From the IMG/VR virus record IMGVR_UViG_3300028591_000191, positions 7,189 through 71,188 of that record: DNA of 64,000 nucleotides; one strand, given 5' to 3'. Origin of the DNA: a virus. Lineage: Duplodnaviria; Caudoviricetes. A program made the translations under genes and the position numbers. Below, one piece after another: positions 15,301 through 27,600 of the stretch. The notes under the pieces were generated by a model. It did no database searches. It worked only from the letters and a program-made list of their open reading frames with translations, and was not told the origin of the DNA. Positions within the stretch are counted from its first letter, which is position 1. Each line of letters opens with the position of its first letter.

Positions 15301-18300
15301 CAAAACGAGCATCCTGGTGCAAAAATAGTACCAGTAAGAGCTACGATGAATCGTACAGCAGGTCGTATGAATATTCTTGTCGACAAGGATAGAAGTCCTG
15401 TATATCAAGATGTAAGAAAATCTGACCTATTCGCAGGACAGGATATATACGATATCGAGTTTTCTTCTTCATACAAGAGAATAGGATATGTAGATCAACA
15501 TGGAGTTGTTCAAACTTTTGAAGATGGAAAACAACAGCCAACTCCTCTATATCAATGGTCTGATCCTAGAATGTCATCTCAACCAGGAACACTTATCTAT
15601 TTAAAACCTGTTCCGAAGAACGAATGTCCAAACAATAAAAAGACGAACAGAGTAATTGTAGCAATAGATAGGGTTAAGCTTAGAGACAATGATATTAATT
15701 TCATTGTAGAAGCTTTGACAAATCCAGACCAACTTGATAGGCCATACTTTAAGGAGATAAATGGTAAAGTTTATGATCTACACGCCACTAGAAGACAAAT
15801 AGCAGGATTAATGCTTCCAATAGTGGACAACCCTCAGCAATTAGGAAATGCGGATTCTATTATTAGAGATCCAAACAATCCTATGGTGGTATATATAATG
15901 AAGCGAACAGATCTTGCTACAGGCGGTACAGGAAGAGGGCGCTTTGATCTGTCTACTCAACAAGGAATAGACGATTTTAAAGCAATTTTGTCTACAATGT
16001 CTATCGCTGAGAGACATGACGTTTTGTCTAGTAGACTTGGTTCGTTTGACAAGACAGAAGGATCTTCACTTCCATTCGGAGGAATAAAACAGTTCTTTAT
16101 AGAACAGCGTGGAAATATTACGAGTGTAGATATTACAGATGCAATTAAGTTCGATCTTGAGGACTTCAAAACAAATACTTCTAAGAGTGGAGTTAAACGT
16201 CAAGGAGTAAACGGATTTGCTTATTATTTGAAACATGGAATGCTCATTACTCAGTATGGAGGAATGTTAAGTTCTAATGTTGAGATAAAAGATGCAATGC
16301 TAGAAGATGGTACTGTAGGACCAGTAAACGTCGCTCCGAGTGGCGTGCAAGAAGTTGCTACTATAGGATCTCTATCTACTACCGATGGAACGGAGATTGA
16401 TTCTAGTGATATTGATTTGTTAAAGACTTGGGACTATCGTGGAAATAGAAAGTCTTTATCTGAAGAGAAGGCCAGAAAACACATAAAGGAGATTCTTGGA
16501 GATAATATTCCTGTAGAATTCCATCAGACATTCTTGAAAGCTGTATTTGGAGCTGCACACGTTGTAGGTAACTGTAAAACAGACGCTATTATACTTTCTA
16601 GTATGGGGTGGCCTGGCGTAGAATATCACGAGGCTTTCCATAGAGTATTTGAAATGCTGTTACCATCTCACGAAAGAGATAAGATATATCACAAGATTGC
16701 TGATAGAATAGGCGTAGAGCTGTACGATTCTGATGGTAATGAGAATAAGGCTGCTTTCAGAGAGGTTGCAGAATATGCTGCGGATCGTTATATGGATCAT
16801 ATGAATCACCATATGACAGACGTAAAGATTCCGTTTATCACCAAGATATATAATAAGATACACGATTGGGTATCTGCTCTATGGCACTTCAACGATAGAG
16901 AACTGTACAAAGTATTTGCTAGAGTAAATCGCAAAGAGTTCGTAAATGCAAAACCTTCTCAACAAGCAATAGACAGATTTAATAGACTGTTTAAGAATTT
17001 GCATTGCGAAATACACGGCGTTCCTTTGGATAATGTAGTAAACAGACCAATGTATGATAAATTACGTGAGAACGTAATGTTCTGTATACTGCAAGGTCAA
17101 AACGTAGATCCATCTGGTAGAAATATACAAGAGATTGGAAAGCACATCGATAAAGAAACATTCTTAGCCGGAGTTGAAAAACTGAAAAAGAGTAACATAG
17201 ATATATTTGGAGAATCTACAGATATTCCTACTGTTGGCCAGCTCGCTATGAAAGAGATCTATGATAACTTCGACAATGAGTTCTTTAGAGACGATATAGC
17301 AAACCTCATTTCTGCAATATCTACTGATTTTACAAAAGAATTTGAAAAAGAATCTACAGAAGATGCTCAAAGCGATGATGTAACTAATGCAAGTATTGGT
17401 GAACATACAAGAAGTTCTTATGAATTTAGCAGATTCAGTAAGACATCAAGTAGAGTTAGATTCTTCTTTGCAACAATTCCCGATACAATGTATGAAAAGG
17501 CTGTTGTAAAGGATAACAACGGTAATGAGAAAGTTGTCATGAAAGTCAAACTTGCTCTAAATGAGTTTGGTCTTCCACAATATGCTCCAGTAAACGCCGT
17601 ATTTAACGAGTTCTTAAATTTATTCCATGACGTTGATACATTGTCTGAATTAAAAGCAAGACTTGAATTGTATGCAAAAGAAGATCCATTGTATGAGCGT
17701 ATGTATAAAGCTTTTGATAAAATATACAAGAGTACATACAGTCTTAAAGATGGTGTTCTTACTAGAAATTCAGATCAAGAAGCATTGTTGGTACAGTTGA
17801 TGAATGTTATTAGATCTAACAAACATAACTTTGATATTGCGAGATCTACTACTACAAACAACATGAACGGTATGCATCGTATTATAATACAGACAACAGA
17901 TGCTGATTATAATGCTACGTTCTATCCAACACAGTGGAATCAAATGCTTGTAAACGGAGGAACTCCAATTGTAAAAGTATCGTCTAACGGCAGCTTACAA
18001 TTCAATCCCGCGATAAAAGGTGCAGAAAACAGTTTTGCAAGAATAGCAGATATATTGTCGCATGCATCTGAAACGCGAAAAGCTGAAAATAATGCAGTAT
18101 ACAACGACGTAGGTATAAAAGAATGGCTTATAAACGCTCTAACCGACGGAGAAAATAATGTATATTTAAAACTTCGAGTAAACGGTAAATATAGCTATTA
18201 TGATAACCCGAAGAATCCGGAATAGTTAGAAGTAGTGAAAGATAAGATAGTAGACATATTGAACACTCTTGGTATACAAATATCTGGAGACGAGTTTAAT

Positions 18301-21300
18301 TACATGCTTAGAAATAAGTATGGATCTAACGATTATGAAGCACTTGCAAAAATGTTTATGTCTACGTCTAGAACTGACTCTATGGCTACGTTCTTACAAT
18401 TCTTGAAAGATGTTGCTCCAAACGGAAAACTATAGAAAGAAGTACGTATTAAAGGTAAGCAAGTAAAATTAGAAAACGCTTATGCAAAAATGGCGTTTAT
18501 AAGAGATCTTGCGAACTGGAAATATCAATATAAGCATTCTCATGATCAACTCACAGTTCTTGCTACAAATAACAATAAATTCTACGAGATATCTGATAAT
18601 AATTACGCATCAGATGTTGTTCGTATGATAAATAAGAGAACAGAAGAACTTGACGAGTTATTGTCTGACCCATTCTCTTACTTTGAAGGTGAAAAAGATG
18701 TTACCGGAGAAACTCCGAAATATGGATCTGTCATACTTAAAGAAATTACAAGTAATAGAGATGCCTTTATTACTCTTAGAAATTTTGTAGGATTTAAGAC
18801 AGATAAACGCGGTGATTACGGATCAGATTACTTCGAGATAAGTAAGCGAGAAGATTACGTATCTAAGGCTACCATACTTGAACAAGGTGGTATAATAATG
18901 CCTACTCTTTCTGATAAAAAGACGTGGTTATATGTAGATGGTGTAAAGCTTCCAGGACTTGATTACAATAATACTGTAGACGATGATGGAAACACTACTC
19001 CATTTGCAGCAGAACAGCTTGGAGATCAATTCGTAATATCTGCTGACCCTATGTCACAATTAGACAATGTGTTGTCTCAAAGAGAAGATGTAGTAGATCA
19101 GTTTATATCGTACGCATATTCTGAATATGAGGCCATAAAGAAAGCTGATAGAGACCTTGACGAAATGGAGAAAAATGGCACAAAGTCTGATGAAGTAGCT
19201 AATTACTACAAATCTGAACAAGGTGCTAAATTCTCATCGCTACTTGGTGTATGGGTAAATACATATAAGAAAGGAAAAGACGGTCAAAATGTTGTTTCTG
19301 GAGAGAAATTTATATCGTTTAATAACAATAAAAAGACTCGAAAGAAGAATATAGAAGAGGCTGAAAAATATTTCTTTAGAGCTGATAGAGATACACAAAG
19401 AGCATTGATCGCCAGACTGTTACACAAACGTTTGTTACAAGAAATAAAGACGTGTACTGAATTAGGTTTGATTAAAAGAGTCGACGGTACAGATAATTTG
19501 TTTGGCGATTACGAGAACGTAGGTCTTAACTCGCAAGCCATCGACATTATATACAAATCTATAGTAGCTAAGAACGGTCATCCTAAAGATGCAATAGCAA
19601 CAGCTAAATATAAATCCTTAGCTGTTATGATATATCTAAACGATATTTCTAACAAAGCTATAATGTCCGGTCAAGAGTTTGAGCGTGTATTCTCAGGAAA
19701 TCCAGCTTTCTATAAATGGAAGTACGATAAAGAAACTGGAGTACTCACAGATAGAACAGTCGACGAATTAAAGCGTCTCGGAGGTGTTGTATCTACTGGT
19801 AATAATAACTTTATAGAGTTAAAGGACGTTCCTGAAAAATATAGAGATGAAAACGGTAATTTCTCTGGAAAATATATATGTGCCGAGGTAGACAACGAAT
19901 TGATTGAATCTCCACAAATAGATCTTATCGAAGAGAGAATGTTGTATGGAGAGATTCTTACCGCAGCATATAACAAAGAAGAAACTTCTAGATTGAACCA
20001 GTATAGAACAAGATACAACGACTTGCTTAGAGAATTATCAAAGGAAGAAAATGACCTTTCTGAGGAAGATTTGGAGTGGATACAGAATGCAGATCCTGTT
20101 AAAGACGAACAGGAAATCAGAGAGGACGTATCTAGAATGCTCGATTCTATTGGAATTGATGACATTAAGAAACTGCTCGACGAAACTACTTTACAAATTG
20201 CAGAGAGAAAAGCAAAACAAGCTACTGATAGTTATAGACTTAAGTTCAAAGACGGCAAAGTAGACGATGGTATTGATGTTGCTGACGGTGGCGCATACAT
20301 TACAGACACGATGGCAGAAATGCTTCTTAGAATGAACGGAAACTATAGCACAGATATAGAAAATGCGTTCAAAATTCTAAGAGAAGAGAAAACTTCTACG
20401 CTTATGTAGAAACAATAGGCATATAATAAAGTTGTAACTACTGTTATAGGATCTCAGAAATATACTGCGTTTGGTAGACGTAGACACGCTACTACAGGAA
20501 TACAAGTTGCTTATTACAATAAAATGGCATTGTTCCCATTGTTTAAGAGTATTGCAACAGGAAAGATGCAGAATGTATATAATAAGATGATGTCTCAAGG
20601 CATAGACATGCTTATGGTAAATTCTGCTGTAAAGGTAGGAAGCCAGGGATCTAAACCTATTGAATGGAATAATTTTGCACAAACTCAAGAAGATTCTAAT
20701 ACAAAGCCTACATTTGACGAAGGATTTGAGTTTAATACATACGAGCAGAAATTCTTGTATCTAAGGAAACAGCTTAATACTGATCCAAAAGAAGAGTCTA
20801 TGATGAATATGGGTACTCAGATGACGAAAGTTGTTATGTCTAGTTTGTTTGACGGCCGTACTTATTATATGCAAGACGGTACAGAAATGAATGGAACAGA
20901 GCTTCGTAATGATATTATGAACGCGATTAACACATTGTCGGACAGAGGTTATCATAATATACTTACTAGATTTTTTAAAACAAACGGAAAAGGAGAGCTC
21001 GTTGATAAGGACGGAAATGTAATTGGCGACAAGTCTTCTGGTAAGGTACTTGATGAAAAGAAATTTGCAAAAGAGATTAGGGCAATGATGCAAACTAAAG
21101 ACCCAGATAAGAATATTATTGACGGTCTTGAGATTGTAGAACAAGAAGATGGTGACGGGAAGGTTACTAAACATATGAGATTGCCTTTGAATGCTATTTC
21201 TAATTCAAGTTGGTTAGAGAGTGTTCTTATATCTTCTATTAATAGTAAAGTAATTGATATTGAAACTCCTGGTGCTGCATTTATTCAGAGATCTGTATGG

Positions 21301-24300
21301 GCTATGGAGGGATCTACTATGTTTGAGAGATCAAACGGATCTATTCAAGGAGATGAAGATCTTCCTGCTTCTATTAATGGTGGAAAACGTCTACAGATGA
21401 TAAATGAAGAAGGTTCTATGGATTGTGTAGTATCGTTCGATTTTATTAAGAAGATGTTTAAAGGAGAACTTCCACAGGTTCCTATTAGAGATAAGAATAG
21501 AAATATAATCTGGGATCTTGTACCTGAAACCGACAAGAACGGAAAGGTAATAATGAAGGACGGTAAACCTGTATATAAACAAAAACGAGATAAAGACGGA
21601 AATCTTGTTGTAGATAAAGAAGGTAATCCTGTATACAAGCGCAAGATACGTATGAGAGATATGTCTATAGATGAAGCACGTCAATGGCTTATCAATAGAG
21701 GTATTATCGGAGAAAATGCTACTGCAAATATTATAGGTTATCGTATTCCTACACAGGCCCAATCTTCAATTCACGCTCTGCGTATTGTAGATATACTTCC
21801 TGTTGTAAATGACACTGTTATACTTCCTGCTGAGTTTACTAAGATTACAGGTTCTGACTTCGATATTGATAAACTCTTCTTATCTTCTATACAGTATACT
21901 GTTTCTAGAGAAGAAGGCGAAGACGGTAAGTTCCATTAGACAGTATCTAGTACGTTTAAAGAAAATAGTTCAGCATATTATCAGAACAAACTTCTCAAAG
22001 ATTATATTGCAGTATTGTTAGACTGGACTTCTCACGAAGACAAACGTCAGCGTACTACAAATATTCTGCACAGATCTATTGATAATGATACTAAGCTTCT
22101 TAAGGATATTATTAAAGATATTGAGACCGGAAAACCGGCAAGCGTTGAAGAGCCTTATGGATTCTACTCATTGAGTGCACAAACAGCGTCTAAGAATGAT
22201 TATATTACAGGTAAAATTGGTATCGGTCCATTTGCCCTTAATAATAATAACCACATTCTTACAATGATGTATCACGTTAGATTTAAGCATATTGAATCTA
22301 GTATAATGAATTCTCTTGGTCTTGAAAGTCTCGATGGACGTGTTGATAAAGACGGTGAGTCTATCATGTCGTGGATTTCAGCGCTTATTAACGCCCACGT
22401 GGATATTGCTAAGGACCCATATATCAGCAGATTAAATGTAAATCCATTTACATACAATATTGTCAACCTTCTTGTAAGAACTGGTTTAGGTAAAAAGACT
22501 TTCTATTTTACTTCTCAACCTATTATGAAAGCTCTTGCAGATGCATATGTAAATGCAGGTGCTTTGTATATGTCGGATCCTCACAAGGGAAAATTCAAGT
22601 TGCAGCAAGAAGCTGTTGACGAATTCGCAGAGGAGTATTTCAAAGAACTTGGAGATGATGCTATCAATAAGATAAACATTATCAAAGAAGGAGGTGCCGC
22701 ACACTCTAAAACAAGAGCTAAGATAAATGAAGATATTGCAAAACTATTTAATAGCAATGATTTGATAGCAGGTGCAAAATCAGTAGAAGTAAATAAGCAG
22801 CAGCAGTTGCTTGTATATCTCGCATATCTACAGTTTGATAAATACGCCAATGCTCTGTCTAATCTTGTCAAATATAGTAAAATTGACACAAAGAAACAAG
22901 GAAAGAGTATTGTTGAACAAATGATATATCAAAAAGGATATCAGAGAACATTTGACACTACTAGGGAAGATAACTTGTTTGATCCTGTCGGTTTGAGTGC
23001 TATGGAAAACGATTCTTATATTGCAACTAAAACTGAAAATGCAATAAGTCTTACAAAAGATATTCTGCAAAGTCAGTTTATACAAAGCACTCCAGCATTC
23101 CAAGGTAGTCTTGATAAGATATTGAAAGCTGTTGGAAGAGAAGAATCGTTATCTGTAAATCTTGTAAATAAAGCTGTAAATGCGCTGAGCGCTGCAGTTA
23201 AGTCTAAGTTCTTTACTGACACTTATGTTCCTAGTATAACAACCATTCCTAGTTATATGCATGATCTTGTTAGCGAAAGTTAGGAATATCTTGACTTTAA
23301 AATAACAAAGCCTGGGTATGAAATAGAATTATCTGGAACAGTTTATCACAATCTAGAATCTTATTGTAAAGGAGGTGTAGCGTGGCTTATATATACAGGC
23401 GCAGACAAGAAACAATACTAGATTCCTTTAAATATAATTGGAGCAGATAACACCAATAATAAAATATATGTGGATAAAATGCTTCAAACAAACAATCTAC
23501 ACGGTAAGATTTTATTAAAAGGCGGTAAAAATACTATCTACGACAGATTTATGAGATTACAGGTTGCTATAGAAAGTAATCCGCAATTTGCAAAACTTAG
23601 GTCTGCTTCTGGAGAAATAACAAATAGACTTCTTCAAATGATTGTTCCTGGAACTGTTACTGAGTATAAGAAAGGCTTCATTGCTGGTGAACATCCAGAT
23701 ACCTATGAAACGTCTAAGTTTATTAAGTTGTTTAACTTTGTAGAAGACAGTGGTAATACTGCAAACTATATAATTGATGGCTGGGATGAACTTCTTCAAT
23801 ATACAGATGACGAACATCCTCAAGCTCAAAAGATTATACGAGATTTTGCAAGAGACCTTATTGTTTATGCTTTCATTACTTCTGGTGATAGAGGAGGATT
23901 TACAAAGATGTTTAAATACGTTCCTGTTTCATGGAGAGAGGAGTCTGGTTATGGTCAATATATCCACGATAAACTTGCTGAGTATTCTATTGGATACGAA
24001 ACAGACATCGATATAAACGATGTATTGCTCAACAACTGGTATGACAACGAACTTGTTCCTACATATTATCTTGATGATAATAAAACAAAGACTTCTAATT
24101 TCATGAAGTATTATACTACTAAAGATAATGTACGGTTAGGGTTCCCATCAATACTCGCAGCTCTTCATACTGTGAATGGTAGACTTGAACCTTCTATAGA
24201 TCCTAGAACTGCTCCCTTGTATATAAAAATACCTAGACGCAAAGATAAGTCTGCAGAAGATAGTCAGCGTAGATTTACCGTGTATAAAATGCACGCCGTA

Positions 24301-24660
24301 GCTATGAGTAACAATGGTGTAGAATATCCAGTATATATAAAAGTAAATCAAAAAGGAAACCAAGTTTCTGGAGGATTTATTATAACCGAATACGGCAGAT
24401 CTGATAATCTAAACGCTCCTGAGTATTATATAGACGAAGAGGTTCTTAAGAAAGTATATCAAGCTTCTACTGTAGCAGATCACATAAACGCTGTAAAGAA
24501 AGCGCAACCTATATATGCTTCTATTGTAGAAGGTCTTAATAGGGCTTGGAATAAAGATTCTCAGAACGGAGTAACAGACCAACAGATACAAGAAAAACAT
24601 AATTAGAAGTTTGATGATTCTTAGTTCTCAGATGAAGCTATGAAACATTGTAAAAGTTAA
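9394..24660 (+). CDS. Virion RNA polymerase polyprotein, ~5088 aa: PD-(D/E)xK nuclease, zincin protease and two-barrel RNAP (TAG=Gln)
   Basis: All gaps between 13 same-frame track ORFs were read by hand: only TAG (19), no TAA/TGA until 24658. Catalytic GSDFDIDK (DFDID 21856-21870), DVADGGAYI, GYRIPTQ, TLSDK; HEAFH 16627-16641; GQTDMIAVD..IIDFKTSK ~14030-14097 followed by NQLTAYAEML. Confidence 0.9.
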
Positions 24661-24665
24661 GTGAT

Positions 24666-27600
24666 ATGAATGCAATATGTCCAAATTTAAGTAATCCCGA
24701 TGTTGCTAGGGAATTTAACGAATTAGTTGAAGCAACGAGTGAGAAGGCGGCATATGCTATATGGTCGCTTAACAATGGATACGCTATAGATAAGGCCCCT
24801 AACGGGGCCTAGTCTAAGCTATTTGAAGGTCTTTTGAATTATTTCGGTGGAGATAGAGTTAAGGCGATAAAGGCAAAAGCAAATACTTTTGGCAAACCTT
24901 TTATGGACTGGTTTGGCGATTGGGAAAATAATCCTGATAATGCTAGTAAAGCTGTAGATGAAAATGGTGAACCTTTAATAGTATATAGAATAGATGTTTC
25001 CGATTTTACAGTTTTTGATAGAAATCATTTAGAGGATACAAGACTTAGCACTTATGGAAGTGGTTTTTATTTTTCTAATGATTTAGAAAGTGTAAGAAGA
25101 GTTTACTCAGAACCAGGTAGAGATGCTAGAGCTTTCTTTTTAAATATGAAAGATTATGATTTATATCATTATGACGAACCTGTTTCATTGTACGGCGAAA
25201 TGCCAAAAGATAGAATTATAACTTTTGAACATGCTGGGGATGATTTTTATAAAGAATATATAGTAAAAAATCCTAACCAAATTAAATCTGTAAATAATGA
25301 CGGTACGTTTACTGAAGGAGATAACATATACCATAACTTACAGGGAGCTTCTGTAGAAAGTGTACAAGATGTAATAGACATTTTATCAAGACTTCTTACA
25401 CGAGAAATAGGATTTAGACCATCTAGAGCAAAAGATAGTTCTCATGTATATTATTCAAGAACATCTATTACTAAAACACAAGCGGAAAAAAGATTAAAAT
25501 CACTTCTTTCTTTATTTGGTCTTCCTGAAAATTCTGCAAATATATCTGAATATGGAAATATTCACTGGAATAGAAATATAATTTCAGCTTATATAAATGA
25601 TATTAAAGACGTAATACAGCACAGTGAAGATAATTCTATAGAAGAGAAACAAGCTCTTGCCTATTTTTTGATTGATAAATTTGAACACATTAAAGGAGTT
25701 AAATTTAAATCCCTAAAGGGCGAAAATGGTCATTTTGAAAATGGAGAAGTAGTCTTAAATAAAGATGCGTCGCTGGACGTTGCTGCAGAAGAGTGCTTAC
25801 ATCCATTTGTAGCGGCTTTAAAGTATGAAAATGAGGAATTGTTTAAAGAGCTTTTAAAAGAAGCTAAAAAAGACTTTAAAACACTTCATCTAGAGATACA
25901 GGATAGATACGGAAACAAGCGTGGTCAAGATGTTGAATTAGAGCTTGTAACGCAAGCGTTAGCTAGACATTTTGCTGATTTGTGGGAGACTCCTGTAAAT
26001 CAAGAAACAGGAGAAAAAGAAAAATCTATTTGGGTAAAGGCGTTGGAGTACATATTAGATTTATTCCATTTTAATAAACTTGATGAAATAGATAAGAATG
26101 TAACTCTCAAACAACTTGCAGAAGCTATTTATAAAGCGGAACATATTAATATAGACAAGGTATATTTTGAGAACAAAAAGTATTTTAACTTGTCTCAACA
26201 AAACTAGCAAGATGTTGATAATTCTATAACAAGACAGATGTACAACGTAGGTGTTCAGCTAGAGCAAGAACGTTCCCAATATATACAGTCTGTACTAAAT
26301 CAGTATAAATAGAATAATCAAAACGCTACTCAGCAAGACTAGTCTAGGGTAATAACTGCTGCTAGAAAACAATTTGATGATAGTAAATCTAATTAGATAT
26401 TACATCAACAATAGATTCAGTTAGCTTAGAAGTTCGGATTGCAAATGAATACAAAAGGTTTCTTTGAGAGTGCCGAAACATCTCAGAAGAAACTTATGTT
26501 TGAGCATTTTGTAAACAGCTTACAAGAAGACACTTTTAAGGCTTATACGCTTGAGAATATCAACAGGATTAAATATCAGTAGGTTGGTACAATTCAACGC
26601 GCCACAAGCGCTGCAAATGTGCTCTATCAGGCTATATTTGATGGTGATATCACTACATTAGATAAGGAGTTGGCCAGAGACTACGTTAGAATGTTCTGGA
26701 CATCTCCTCTGATCCAATCTGCTCTAGAAGTAGTAAGTAATAATAGTAAAGACGCAAAGAAGGCAGAAGATGCTCTCGTAGATAGAATGACTACAGAACC
26801 TGTAGATTCTAGAGATTCTAGCATTGTAGAATGGTTTAGAAACTTCTGGTCACAACTTAATAGTCTTGTAAAGCAAATATTTGGAGTACATACTTTTACA
26901 GATCAACAGAAAGATGATATTTTGAAGGGCGTAGATGCTGCATTTATGCTCGCAGAAGACCTTGAATTAGCAGAAGAAAATTCTAGAATACTTGATAGAT
27001 ATGATGGAAACTTCTCTACTTCTGATTTGTTATCTGAAAAAGATAAGAATGTTCTGTCTGATATTTATAAAGGAACAAAAACTAGATTGCGTTCACAACA
27101 AGCTCGTACCGCTCAGAATCCTAGTCTAATATCCGACCTTAAGAGTAGATTGGAAATTATAGATGGAAAAAATCAAGATTCTGTAGAAGACGTATTTAGC
27201 GTTATTGAAGACTTCTTGATATATGCTAACCAAGAGATTGGAGAAACAAGACATCTTATAGATAGCACTTTCTTGACGGCGGGTTCTATGGATTCTTGGA
27301 ATCCTCAAGAGATCAACTTCATCCAGCAAGATCTTATTGGCCATTACGACAGCTTGTTGAACAGTATATATGAGCTGTTCTCAGATAAAACATCAGCTAT
27401 TAACAAATACAACGAACATCGTGTAGCTACAAATCCTGATAAGTTTGATTTAAAGCATTATTTATCTCAGCTTATACGTAATGTAGACTCTATTAAAAAG
27501 GATTATAATCAGAGTATTGTAAAACCATATGTACGAAAAGTTCTCACTGATTATGTAAATGAGCAAGATGCTATTACAGATAAGAAGACGTTCGTATATA

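Noticed and set aside
24834-26204. TAG-free, AT-rich ART region as a recently acquired standard-code module
   Set aside because: Only about 13 Gln codons lie here, so zero TAGs is not significant.
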